Notes under the pieces: model-generated
The model's database searches: none
Told to the model about the DNA's origin: nothing
What the model saw: only the letters and a program-made list of their open reading frames with translations
Assembly: GCA_934746515.1 (NCBI GenBank)
Contig: CAKVFH010000002.1
Span: forward strand, 65,576 to 129,575
Length of the DNA stretch: 64,000 bases
Source of the DNA: an uncultured Clostridia bacterium
Lineage (GTDB): Bacteria > Bacillota > Clostridia > Christensenellales > UBA1242
Direction of reading: 5' to 3'
Shown here: one piece after another, positions 1-12,000 of the stretch
How positions within the stretch are numbered: the stretch's first letter is position 1
Layout of the letters: each line of letters begins with the position of its first letter
Translations under genes and position numbers: made by a program

Positions 1-3000
1 GCTTCTTGTTTAGACATCTTGCTAACATCAGGAATTTCGGTAAGTTTGCCGTTTATGTTTTCCTTTGCAATAATATTTTGTTTTGCAGTTGAAACTATCT
101 TTTCACCATCAGTTTTCATTTCTCTGATGATGTTATCAAATTCTGTCTGATTCAAGTTGTTAAGAACTTTTCTGTTACTTGCTTGAGTTCTGAAATCTAC
201 TGGCATGTCAGTTATCTTTTTGTTTATGTCTTTCAATATATCTGAACCAGAAGAAATAAATCTTGAATAGTTGTTAAACAACCAGTTGTTTCTGTCAATT
301 TCACTAATATTGTCAAGTTCAGAACCATGGTTTTCAGCTTTATACAAAGCGCCAGCCTTTCCTTTGAACTCGTCATTATTCCAAATGAGTGAAGCAACTG
401 ATCTCTGACGCTCAAGTCCACCGTTTGCAATCATGTTTCTGTTTGCAACAGCAATTGCTTGAGCATAAGTCATGCTTTCTGCTTCTCTGTAAAGCTCACG
501 ATTATTTTCTTTGAATGAACTAATAACTTGTTGTTTTCTTTCAACTTCAGTTTTTGCTTCTTTACCTACACCGCTCTTTTCAACAGATTGAATTTGATCC
601 TTTGCTTTTGAGCTTAAATAGCTGTAAATGCCTTCAACAATTGCCTGTTGTTTTTCAGCTTCGGTTAACAATTGAACTTTCCCTGCAGCAGTTGAAATAA
701 CTTTTTCTGCGTTTTCACTATGTGAAGTTTGTTCAAGTTCTTTCTTAACTCTTTCGTTTGAAATAAGCATGCCTTGTTGTTGTTCATAAACTTCAGCACT
801 TTGTTTTGTTGTTGTTTGTTTTTGAAGAAGTGAATAAGCTTGTGAATCAGAAAGTCCGAGTTTTGCAGCATTCATAGCAAACAATGTTTCTGTGATTTCT
901 GAAATAAGTCTTTCTTTCAAAGCTTCGCCAGCTGGTGAATTTAAGAATTTAGAAATCAAATCCATTGAATTTATGTCAACATTGTTATTTTTAAGGATTC
1001 TTGTTGCACCAGTATCTTGAGCTGCAAGTTTTGCAAGAAGTGCATTTTGTTCAGCAATTGAAAGTGTCGCAAAACCATTTTGAGAAGTCTCTTGTTTGAG
1101 TTCCGCAAGTTGTTCTGCTGGAACAGTTTGTCTTAAGAACTCGGCAACTTGACTAGCATTTGTAAATCCTTGAGCTGTTGAGTTTAATTTAGAAATATCT
1201 CTTTCACCTGACAAGTATTGTGCTTTAAGATTATCAATAGCGCGTTCAGCGGTGGTGTTTGTAACTCCGCCAGCTTGCACACCTGATGTATAACCCATTG
1301 CCTGCAATTGCTTTTCAAGTGAAGCCTTTGTTTTGTTTGCTTTTTGCAAAGCTTCAAGCCTTTGAACTTTTGATGATTCTTCTTCAGCAAGTGCTGCTGT
1401 AATATTGATATTTTCAGCCTGTGTTTTACCAGTTTCGTCAAATGTGAAGTATTTTTTATTAACAGCATTTAAGAGTTTTTGATCAACCTTGATGCCTGCA
1501 GAATTTAAAATTTCTTTGTTTTGACCATTGCTATCAATGTATGCCTTCATTGCTTTTTCAGCAGCAACATTTGTGGCTTTGTCGCCACCTTCTTTGTAGC
1601 CGAACGACTCTTTAACTTGATTATACATTTCCGTTTGTTTTGATTTTGCACCAATCAATTCTTGAGCATCTTCGTCTGTCAAATTGCCATAGGCTTCATA
1701 ATCTTCAACAATAGATTGAACTTCAGGCGACTTCGATTTAACGCTTCCGAGTTTCGTGATATTTTCAAGAACACGTTCGTTTACTTGTTTGCCCTTTTCG
1801 CCGCCAGAAATATAAGCATCAATATTCTTATCAGTTTGCTTTCCAAGTATCTTGGCTTTTGAGTAGCCAACAACCACCGAAACAGCTTCATCACTAGACC
1901 AGTCAATATTCTGAATCTTATCTTGCCATGCTTTGTTCTGTTCATTTGAAATAATTTCATCAATAACGGCAGTATAACCCACTGAATCGGTATTCACTTT
2001 GCCATTTTCATGCTCGATTCCAACCGCATCCAAAACGAGTTGATTTGTGATTATATCTTTTTCTTGCTCGTTTGAATTTTGCATTATGGTTTTAACAAAT
2101 TCTTCGTTAGACAAAGACTTATTTGTTGTTTGAGAAAGAGCTGATGTTCTTGAATCGAGTTCTTGTGAGCGACGGTTTGCAAGTTCCCCAAGTTTTTCTG
2201 AAATATATTGTGGACTTGTTTTCTTAACTTGCGAAATATTCATTCCAGCTTCACCAAACATTCTGTTTATAAACATTTGATGTTCAGTGTTGCCATTTAT
2301 AAATTTATCTAATTCTGTGTTAAATTCCAAAGATGCGGAATCTTTTGAAAGAACTTTTGATTGAAGCTCAGAAAGCAACTGCTGTTCTCTTGCAATGTAA
2401 GCTTTGTTATTAGCAATGCCAAGAGAAACAAAAGCTTGTCCAACTTTTTCGCTATCTGATTTTGCCCTTAATTCAAGTTGCGCAACACCAGCTTTCGCTT
2501 GTTCAAATTTTTCTTTCTCTTTAGCTGAAAGTGTCTTGCCTTCGAGACCAACTTCAAGCTTGCTTAATTCAAAGTTTGCTTCACTAAATGCACTTTGAGA
2601 TCTAAAACTTTGAGTTTGTAATTTAGAGTATTTTGCAAAATTATCTTTTTCTTGTTGTGAAATTTCATTTACCAAATCAATTGGAGTATTTTTCATGATA
2701 GATTCAACAACAACAGTGTCTGCAGTGTTGTTTCTGATTGATGCAGAACTAAATTCTTGAGTCTTGCCTAAAATCTTTGCTTTAGCGTAAGCCACAAGGA
2801 CTTCTTCTGGATTATAAAGCGCTTTTTGAGTTAAGTCTGTAAATAATCTTCCGTTTTCGCTGTTTGGATTTGAATTGATTTCAGCAATAAGCTTTTTCGC
2901 TTCGTCTGAATTTATATCAACATTTCCATTTTCACCAAGAATATTGAAATATTTAGCAACAATTTTATTAACAATTTCATCCTTGTTTTCGGTTGACGAA

Positions 3001-6000
3001 TTCATGAATGCTGAAACAAGTTCTTTGTCTCCAAAACTTGCTTCAGAAAGTTGTCTTTCAGTTATTTGTTCTTGCTCTGTTCTTCCGTAAAGATTGCCTG
3101 TTGAAATTGCAGCAATATTTGCAGACAAGTGAGCTGAATAATCCATTTGTTGAGCTTTTGACAACAAATCAAATGCTTGAACTTTGAATGATCCATTTCC
3201 AACATGTTTTGCAGTTACAGCGGAAAGCTCTTTTGCATAATCTTGAGTCTTGATTTGTCCAAGCATAGAATTGCTATCTTTAACACCCTGCTTGATTGAT
3301 TCAAGAATAACATCATCTTTTGTGTCGTCTGTAATACGATATTGCGACTTAAACTCTTTAAGCTTTTCTGGATTATTTTGAAGGTAGAGATAAATTGCTT
3401 CTGCATTGATATCAGCATTGTTTTGTGCTCTATCAAACACAGTTTGATGATAATCACTACCTGTAATATTTCCAGTTGTTTCGTTTTGATAGTTAAGTGT
3501 AAGTGCATAGTTTCCGGCAATTGCTCGAGTTGTGTTGTTTTTGTAACCTGTTCTAACAATTGAATCCACAACAGCATCACTTGAAATGTCTTGATGTGAA
3601 AGAAGTTGAGCAATAGCAACATTTACGCTATCGTCTTTTGCACCTTTTCCGCGCACACTCATATCGTTTACGGTAAAGCCTAACCCCTTTGCACCAATTG
3701 ATATGCCAAGGTTCAAACCAAGACCATTTCTATCTGTGCTATTTTCAATAAGTCTAAGTTGGTCTTTAATTGACATGTTTGCATTTTCTTCAAGTTTTTG
3801 ATTGAATGTGTCAAGTTGTTCACTTGTCATCATTGACTTGTAAATTGCAATTTTTTGTTCATCTGAAATCAAATAGTTTGCGGCATCCAAATTATTAGTG
3901 CCCGTTGCTGTAGCAAATGATGAAAGAACATCAGCTGCAATAACTCTTCCGCCTGTTGTTCCCGACAAGTTTGCAACAGCATTTCTGTAAGCATCATTTG
4001 TGTTTGTGACAAAGTTTGAATCAGAAATTGCTTGATTATTTGCAATTTGAGCAGCAACTGCCATACGGTTTGCACCTTCAAGCATCAAGCCGTTTGCAAC
4101 AGCTTCATCAATCATTTGTTTGATGTTTGCTGGAAGTTGTGCATTATTTATAATTTGTTGTGTTTGTTCAGTTGAAACCACTTGACCAACACTTGGTCCA
4201 GTTGGAGCGGCTGAATAAGATTGGTAACCACCAACTTGCTGATTTCCAGCGTAAGATTGTCCTCCAACACGAGCGCCTGCAACTCTAACCTTTCTATTTT
4301 TAACAAATAGAGCACCGCCAACACCTGCAGCACCAAGTCCTGCAGCAAGTCCAACGCCGCCTATGCCGAGAGTTCCGGCAGTAAATGCAGCTATTCCGGC
4401 ACCTGCTGCAACTTTAAGAGCATTGCCGCCCCATTGCTTGATATATTGTGCTTTTGTTTGATCGTCTGCTGCTCTATATTTTCTAACAAGTCCGACACCT
4501 TTCTTTACTAGGTATGAACCAGCTAGAATTCCGCCAGCAGCAAGCACTCCAGTATTTGGAATTAACATTGCAGCACCAGCAGCCGCGCCAATCAAACCTT
4601 TAGCAATAACGCTGTTTCTTGCTTTCTTGATAGCAATTTTTCCTGCAGCAGCATTTCTTTGCTCTGATGTTAGTTTCCCAGCCATTGCATTTTGAACAGA
4701 CTTGAGCTTGTCACCTTTAAGCTTTTGCTCATCTTTTGTGACTTTGCCATTTTCATCAATTCTATTGATTGTCTGAATGACATTGCCTTTCTTATCTATT
4801 TTAAGATTATCAAAAGTCTGTCCGTCAGCTGTTGTAATTTTGCCATCTTCAAAGAATTGTTCATTCAATTTGGTTTCATCACCACTTTTGATAACATTCT
4901 TCAAAATTTCATTGTTGCTATATTCTGAAACACCATCATTTTTCAGACTTGCTTGATAAACTTCAGCTTGTGCTGCACCAGTTGCAGTAGTTCCACTTGG
5001 AGCAGTGAAAGGTTGAGCAAAACTTGGATTTCTTTCCGAAATTTGAAGTTGCCCTGCAGAAGATCTTCTAACCCTTCTTCTGCTTCTAGCAAACATAACA
5101 CCGCCAACACCTGCAGCACCAAGTCCTGCAGCAAGTCCAACACCGCCCATGCCGAGAGTTCCGACAGTAAAGGCCGCAATTCCAGCACCTGCTGCAACTT
5201 TCATCACTCTTCCGCCAAATCTTCTAATCATTTGGGCTTTTGTTTGATCATTTGCAGCTCTGTAGCGTTTAATTGCACCAGCACTCTTCTTTACTAGGAA
5301 TGAACCAGCCAAAATTCCGCCGGCAGCAAGAACTCCAACACCTGGAATTAACATTGCAATGCCAGCAGCCGCACCAATCAAGCCTTTAGCAATAATGCTG
5401 TTTTTTGCTTTCTTGATAGCAATCTTTCCTGCAGCTGAATTTCTTTGTGCTGATGTCAATTTTCCAGCCATTGCATTTTGAACAGACTTAAGCTCTTCAC
5501 CTTTAAGTTTTTTGCCGTCTTTCATAATATTGCCATTCTTAATTTCAAGGCCTTCAATTGTCTGTCCGTTCGCTGTTGTTATCTTGCCATCTTCAAAGAA
5601 TTGTTCATTCAATTTGGTTTCATCACCATTCTTGATAACATTCTTTAATATTGCACTATTACTATATTCTGAAACTGCATCTTGACCTGATTCAGCATTT
5701 CTTGCATTTGTTTGAGCTGCTTCAGCTTGTGCTGCACCAGTTGCAGTAGATCCTGCAGGAGCTGTCAAAGGTTGTCTCATTGTAGGGTTCATTTGTGCTA
5801 TTTGTAATTGACCCCTGCTAGCTTTTCTTGCCTTTAATTTATTAGCGGCAAATAGAACACCTCCAACAGCAGCTGCACCAAGCAAGCCACCAGTAAGCAC
5901 TCCACCTGCAGCAACTTTAAGAGCATTGCCGCCCCATTTTTTGATATATTGTGCTTTAGTTTGATCGTCTGCTGCTCTATATTTTTTAATAAGTCCTGCA

Positions 6001-9000
6001 CCTTTCTTTGCTAGGAACGAGCCACCTGCAATTGCAAGTGCAATTCCTGGTCCAATACCTGGGATAGCCAGCGAAACTGCAGCTGCAACACCAGCCAAAG
6101 CCTTTGCACCGAGACCGAGCAATGCATTTCGTTTTGCAATCTTACCTTCTGCTGTAGTTCTCTGATTGTCAGTAAGTTTTCCTGCCATTGCAGTTTGAAC
6201 AGCTTTGAGCTTGTCACCTTTAAGCTTTTGCTCATCTTTTGTGACTTTGCCATTTTCATCAATTCTATTGATTGTCTGAATGACATTGCCTTTCTTATCT
6301 ATTTTAAGATTATCAAAAGTCTGTCCGTCAGCTGTTGTAATTTTGCCATCTTCAAAGAATTGTTCATTGAGTTCATCTACATTGCCATTCTTGATAACAT
6401 TCTTTAATATTGCATTATCACTATAAGCAGATGCTCCAGCTTGTGCACCATTACCAGTTCCACCAGTTTGTGCGCCTTGACTTGCATCACCTTCAGCATT
6501 TCTTGAGTTTGCTTGAGCCGCAGCACCAGCAGCTGCACCAGTTGCAGTAGATCCTGCAGGAGCTGTCAAAGGTTGTCTCATTGCAGGGTTCATTTGAGAT
6601 ATTTGAAGTTGTCCCCTGCTAGCTTTTCTTGCCTTTAATTTATTAGCGGCAAATAGAACACCACCAACAGCAGCTGCACCAAGCAAGCCACCAGTAAGCA
6701 CTCCACCTGCAGCAACTTTAAGAGCATTGCCGCCCCATTTTTTGATATATTGTGCTTTAGTTTGATCGTCTGCTGCTCTATATTTTTTAACAAGTCCAAC
6801 GCCTTTCTTTGCTAGGAACGAGCCACCTGCAATTGCAAGTGCAATTCCTGGTCCAATACCTGGGATAGCCAACGAAACTGCAGCTGCAACACCAGCCAAA
6901 GCCTTTGCACCGAGGCCGAGCAATGCATTTCTTTTTGCAATCTTACCTTCTGCTGTGGTTCTCTGATTGTCAGTCAACTTTCCTGCCATTGCAGATTTAA
7001 CAGTTTGGAGATCTTTACCTTTAAGCTCTTTGCCGTCTTGCATGATCTTGCCGTTCTTAATTTCAAGATTTTCGAGAGTTTGTCCGTTTGCTGTTGTAAG
7101 CTTGCCGTTTTCAAAGAATTGTTCATTTAATTTAGTTTCATCACCATTTTTGATAACATTCTTTAATATTGCATTATCACTATAAGCGGATGCTCCAGCT
7201 TGTGCACCATTACCAGTTCCACCAGTTTGTGCGCCTTGACTTGCATCACCTTCAGCATTTCTTGAGTTTGCTTGAGCCGCAGCACCAGCAGCTGCACCAG
7301 TTGCAGTAGATCCTGCAGGAGCTGTCAAAGGTTGTCTCATTGCAGGGTTCATTTGAGCTAATTGCTGTTGTCCCTTATTAGCTTTTCTTACCTTTAGTTT
7401 ATTTGCAGCAAAAATTGTTCCACCAACCAAAGCCGCACCAAGAACACCACCGCCAAACACGAAGCCCGCACCAACTTTAAGTGCATTTCCACCCCATTTT
7501 TTAATGAGTTTAGCTCTTGTTTGATCGTCTGCTGCTCTATATTGTTTAATGAGTCCAACACCTTTCTTTGCTAGGAACGAGCCACCTGCGATAAGCACAC
7601 CAGCAAGTGGGCCACCAACTGCGGTTGCAATTGCAGCAGCTCCCAGAACGCCAGCTTTTCCAGCAAGTCCAAGAAGTGCACCTTTCTTTGAGCTTTGATC
7701 AAAACCTAACAAGCCATTTGCAACTTGACCGAACTTGCTATTTGCAAACCTATCAGGCAATGCGCTTGCTTCTTGAATACCAAATTTAACTCCAGCTTTC
7801 AATTTAGCATTTCTAACAGTTTTGTCATATTTCTTGGTTTGAGCGTCAACATTTCCTTCAGCAATTTCTTGGCTCTTATCAGACATAACTTTCAAAGCTT
7901 CTTTTCTTACTGCAAGACCTGTTCTTCCTTTCTCTTTCTGTTCTGCCATATAAGCATCATAATACTTTAATGCTGACTTTCCAGCTGCAGTGTTTTCAAG
8001 TTCTGCTTTAATCTTATCAGCATCTCCGTCACTTGAAAGGTTATTTATCTTACTCTTTAATTTTTCAGCATTTGCATCTGTTTTTTGTTTATCAGCTTCA
8101 GCATCGTCAAGACCCTTTCTAGAAACTTTTGCAATTTCTTCATTTTGCATTTCTTCAAGAGTTTTCTTTTTCTGTTCAACCTGTTCTTCAGTTCCATCTT
8201 TTATTTCATTTTCAACAGTCTGACCATTTTGGTTATAAGTTTGATTTACTGTTTCACCTGAACCACTATCTTTGCTATTATCAGACATATTAGAAATATC
8301 AGGATTTTGCTTTATGATATTTTCAAGTTCTTCTCTAGCAATTAGACGAATATGTTCATCGTCTGTACCAATGCCGCCTTGATATTCTTCACCATTATTA
8401 TCAACTTCATTTTCACCTGAAGCATTTACTGGTTCTTCCTCGGCATTTTCTCTGTTATTATTTTGAGACTCTTCACCAGTTCGCTGATTTTCTATGTTTG
8501 TCCTAGATTGACCTTCTGGGTTTTCATCCAATGGGCTCTTTGTTTCTTCAGCGGTTTGCCCATCTTTCTTTTCTTCATTTTCGTCTTTACCATTATCACG
8601 GCTGTTGCCTGCAGGTCTTCCACCAGCTGGGCCACCAGGACCACCAGAAGGACCACCACCACCGCCATCGGCGCCAGCAGCAGCACCAGCAGTTGATTCA
8701 ACACCTTCTTTAAATTTCTCGCCACCTTTCTTAACAGCACCAACAACTTTTTTGGCACCATCTATAATGAACTGCGAACCAGGGATAACACCCGGAGCCA
8801 TTGAAACGGCTTCTTTAAAGCCGCTTTTGAGTGATTTTCCGGAAATCATATCCGTTGCACTCTTCATTGTGGTTTTTACATTATTCTTGACAGCTGCACC
8901 GGTTTTATCCAAGCTTTGACCTTTTCCAACAAGACCCTGAACAAATCCAGGAAGCTCATTGATTAAAGTAAATGCAACAAGCAAGAACAAAATGTAAATA

Positions 9001-12000
9001 AGCTCATTGAGCATATTTGCAGTAATTGGCAATTTTTTCAAGAAATAACTTCCAGAATTTGCAATTGCTTCTTCTGTGAAAATAGTGCTTGAAATTTCTC
9101 TAATTGGTGCAAGTAAAACGAAGAATACATTCAGTCCTATCAAAACACCATAGGTTGAAAGCACTTCACCCATAATTTTTTCACGCAAATCGCCAAATCT
9201 TTTGCCATCATCAATAGGCATTGTTGAAGCCGCAACAGGCATTGCGAGATAGTAAAGCGTAATCATATAGAAACGCTTAATTACACCCCAAAGTGCAGAG
9301 AACAAAACTTTGATAATCAGCACTGAAGCAACTAACAACAGAACATAGTTGATTCCACTTGCTGCATAGAATGTTTGAAGTTTTATGTTTTGGTCAAAGA
9401 AATAGTCAAATGTGATACCAGAAACATTGCCAGAATATTTAAAGGTGCTTGAAACAACTGGTGTATCGCTAACCTGTTGAACCACACCTGTTTTAAATTC
9501 AAATATTCCCTTCCACAAATAAATGTTGATTTCTACCAAATAACATCCAAATGTGTTTCTTGAATAATTTTCAATTTGATATCTAAAACATGAAACAGAG
9601 TCTGAAGTTTGCGCGTTTTCATAAAACTCAAGCATTCTAGCTTCCGCACTTTTGAGTTTAACTTCAAGAGTGTTATTAAAGATACCTTTGGCAGTTTCAC
9701 TATCACCCGCAGTTTGGAATGCAGGTCTTGGAGTCATCTTACCTTCATTTTGAATATAGTAATATCTTGTTCCCCAGTTTGAATCAAAATATTTTGTACT
9801 TTTTAAAACATCAAAATTAAGATTATTTAATTGTGCTAAAACTGATTTTGTAAATGTTCCATAAAAATCTTCAGTGTTTTCAAAAATTGAGAATGTATTT
9901 TTTAAAATACTCTTTGCTTCATCTCCAATTTTGTAATCTTTGATTGTATAAGATTTCAAAACCAAATTTTTAGCTTCTTTTGACGCACTTCCGTTCAAAT
10001 AGCATGGATACAAACCTTTACTTGAGTTGTTATAAGTTTTTGATGTATCAACTTGCAAAACTCCATTCACTTCTTTTGTTTTGAAGTAACTCGATGTTCC
10101 ACTTACATAAATAACATAACAAAAACCTTTTTCAGCAGATGCGAATTGATAATATTTAGTACCACCAACAGTTTCGGTTACGCCAGTCCATTTTAATTTG
10201 TATTCACTTTTAAATGGAGAAGATGAAGATAGCGATATAACAATCTCTGATTCCTGCAAATCACTTGTTGAGTCAACATTAACTTTATAAGTTTTTATTT
10301 CTAAATCTCTTTCACCTTCAGCATACAAACTTCCATTGTTGTAGGTTGCCAAATAATTGCTTAATGCTGAATTATAAACAAGTCTTGTGTAATAATCATA
10401 AGTATTTAAAATTAAATCATTGCCATTTTCTTTAACATCATAATAATAACCGCCGTCTGTATCAGTAACAATTGAATCTTTGCCGTTATCAACTGAAGAA
10501 GTATTCTTTAAATATGTTGGGTTGCCATATCTAGCATCAACTGTATTTGTGTCAAATGTACCTTTTGCCCAAACAACACCCTTGTATTCGCTTGCATAAT
10601 AAACTGACTTAAAACAATAGTTTTTATTATCAATTCTAAAATCTTTGCCGTTTACAAGTGGATAGAAATATTCACTTCCTTTCAAGCAAACAATATATCT
10701 TGAACCTGCAAGTTCATCACCTGTGTTGAATTTTGCAGTATAGATAATATCGTTATCGCTTTCAGCTGGCAATGTATAGTTTCCTGCATATTTTGTAAGG
10801 AATGTAAGAACCTTTGAATCATCTTTAAGTGTTGTTGCAACATTACTTACTTGATTTGTTGCAATATTGTAAGATGATTTACCTAAATTACCGATATTTG
10901 GATTTGTTGGATCAGCAACCGTTCCACTTAATTTATTTGAAATCCACTTTGTGTCAACGCAATAACTTGCATCATTATTGCTAGCATCTTTATATTTGTA
11001 GTTCCAATCAATAAGTGGACTTGTTGCATCCATAATGTAGAATGTCAGGTTGTTATCGCACATATAATCAATAACATCAGCCATAACTGAATATTCAGCT
11101 TTTGACTGAACGTTACCAAATTGACCACCATCGAAGTATGAAGCAACTGACTGTGAATTATACATTATTGCACCAGAATAATTTGCAGCGCCAAGATTAA
11201 AATCTGCGAGAGATTGAGTTCCATAACTTGAAATAGCTTGAGATAAGCTGATGCCTGGATTTACGTAGATGAGAGAATAGTTCCAACTATTTCTGCAAAC
11301 AGTCCTAACAGTTTCACTTCCTTGGTGAATATTGACACTAGAAAGATAGGTTCCGTCATATAAAGCACTAAAGTTTGATTCAAGATTCTTCAAGAGTTCC
11401 TTGCCAACATCATCCGACGCCCAACTTGCATTTTTAGTTAAAATTTCCGCACCTAGAACGCATTTTAGATAATAGTAAATGCCTTCAGCTTTATCTGAAG
11501 ATGCCATAACAAAATAATATTGTTTTTTGTCATCTTTATCTTTAGCTCTAAAACAGAAACCATTAAAGTTTGTAATATCCTTTGGAACCAGCGGATCAAA
11601 AATTGAATCAATGGTTATTTTTCTTGCATTTTTTATGACAGAAAGATAACTTTTTCGTCCAGTAACAACTCCGTCATTACAACTATAATCTTGATAATAA
11701 ACATGAGTTTCGTCATCAATACCATCACCGAAACAGATTTGTCTGTGAGCATCATCAAGATAGAATGTTACTTTATCTGAAGTTGGATAATAGGTGTCAT
11801 TATCAACATAGTGTCTGTATTTGTTTGCAGACTGTGCAGAAACTGAAAAGATTTTTCCACCAAAAGTGTCAGACATATCAACACCAACAGCTTTGATAAT
11901 TGAAGCTAAAATTGCATTTGATGAAACAATGCCCATAACAAGCAAAATTGGAAATACAATAACAAGAGCAATTGCTTTTGCTGAAGATCTGAAAATTGAT

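Noticed and set aside
4290-7720. The near-identical repeat pairs could be the template and variable repeats of a diversity-generating retroelement.
   Set aside because: Mismatches between copies are not adenine-specific (T/A, T/C, G/A, G/T and multi-nt changes). No reverse transcriptase gene is visible. The pattern fits ordinary tandem-repeat recombination.
8463-8919. Plus-strand ORFs with striking Pro/Ala-rich or His/Gln-rich peptides (8605..8919, 8531..8713, 8463..8696).
   Set aside because: They are antisense shadows of the GC-rich Gly/Pro/Ala hinge of the giant minus-strand ORF. No RBS is present and they overlap each other in several frames.
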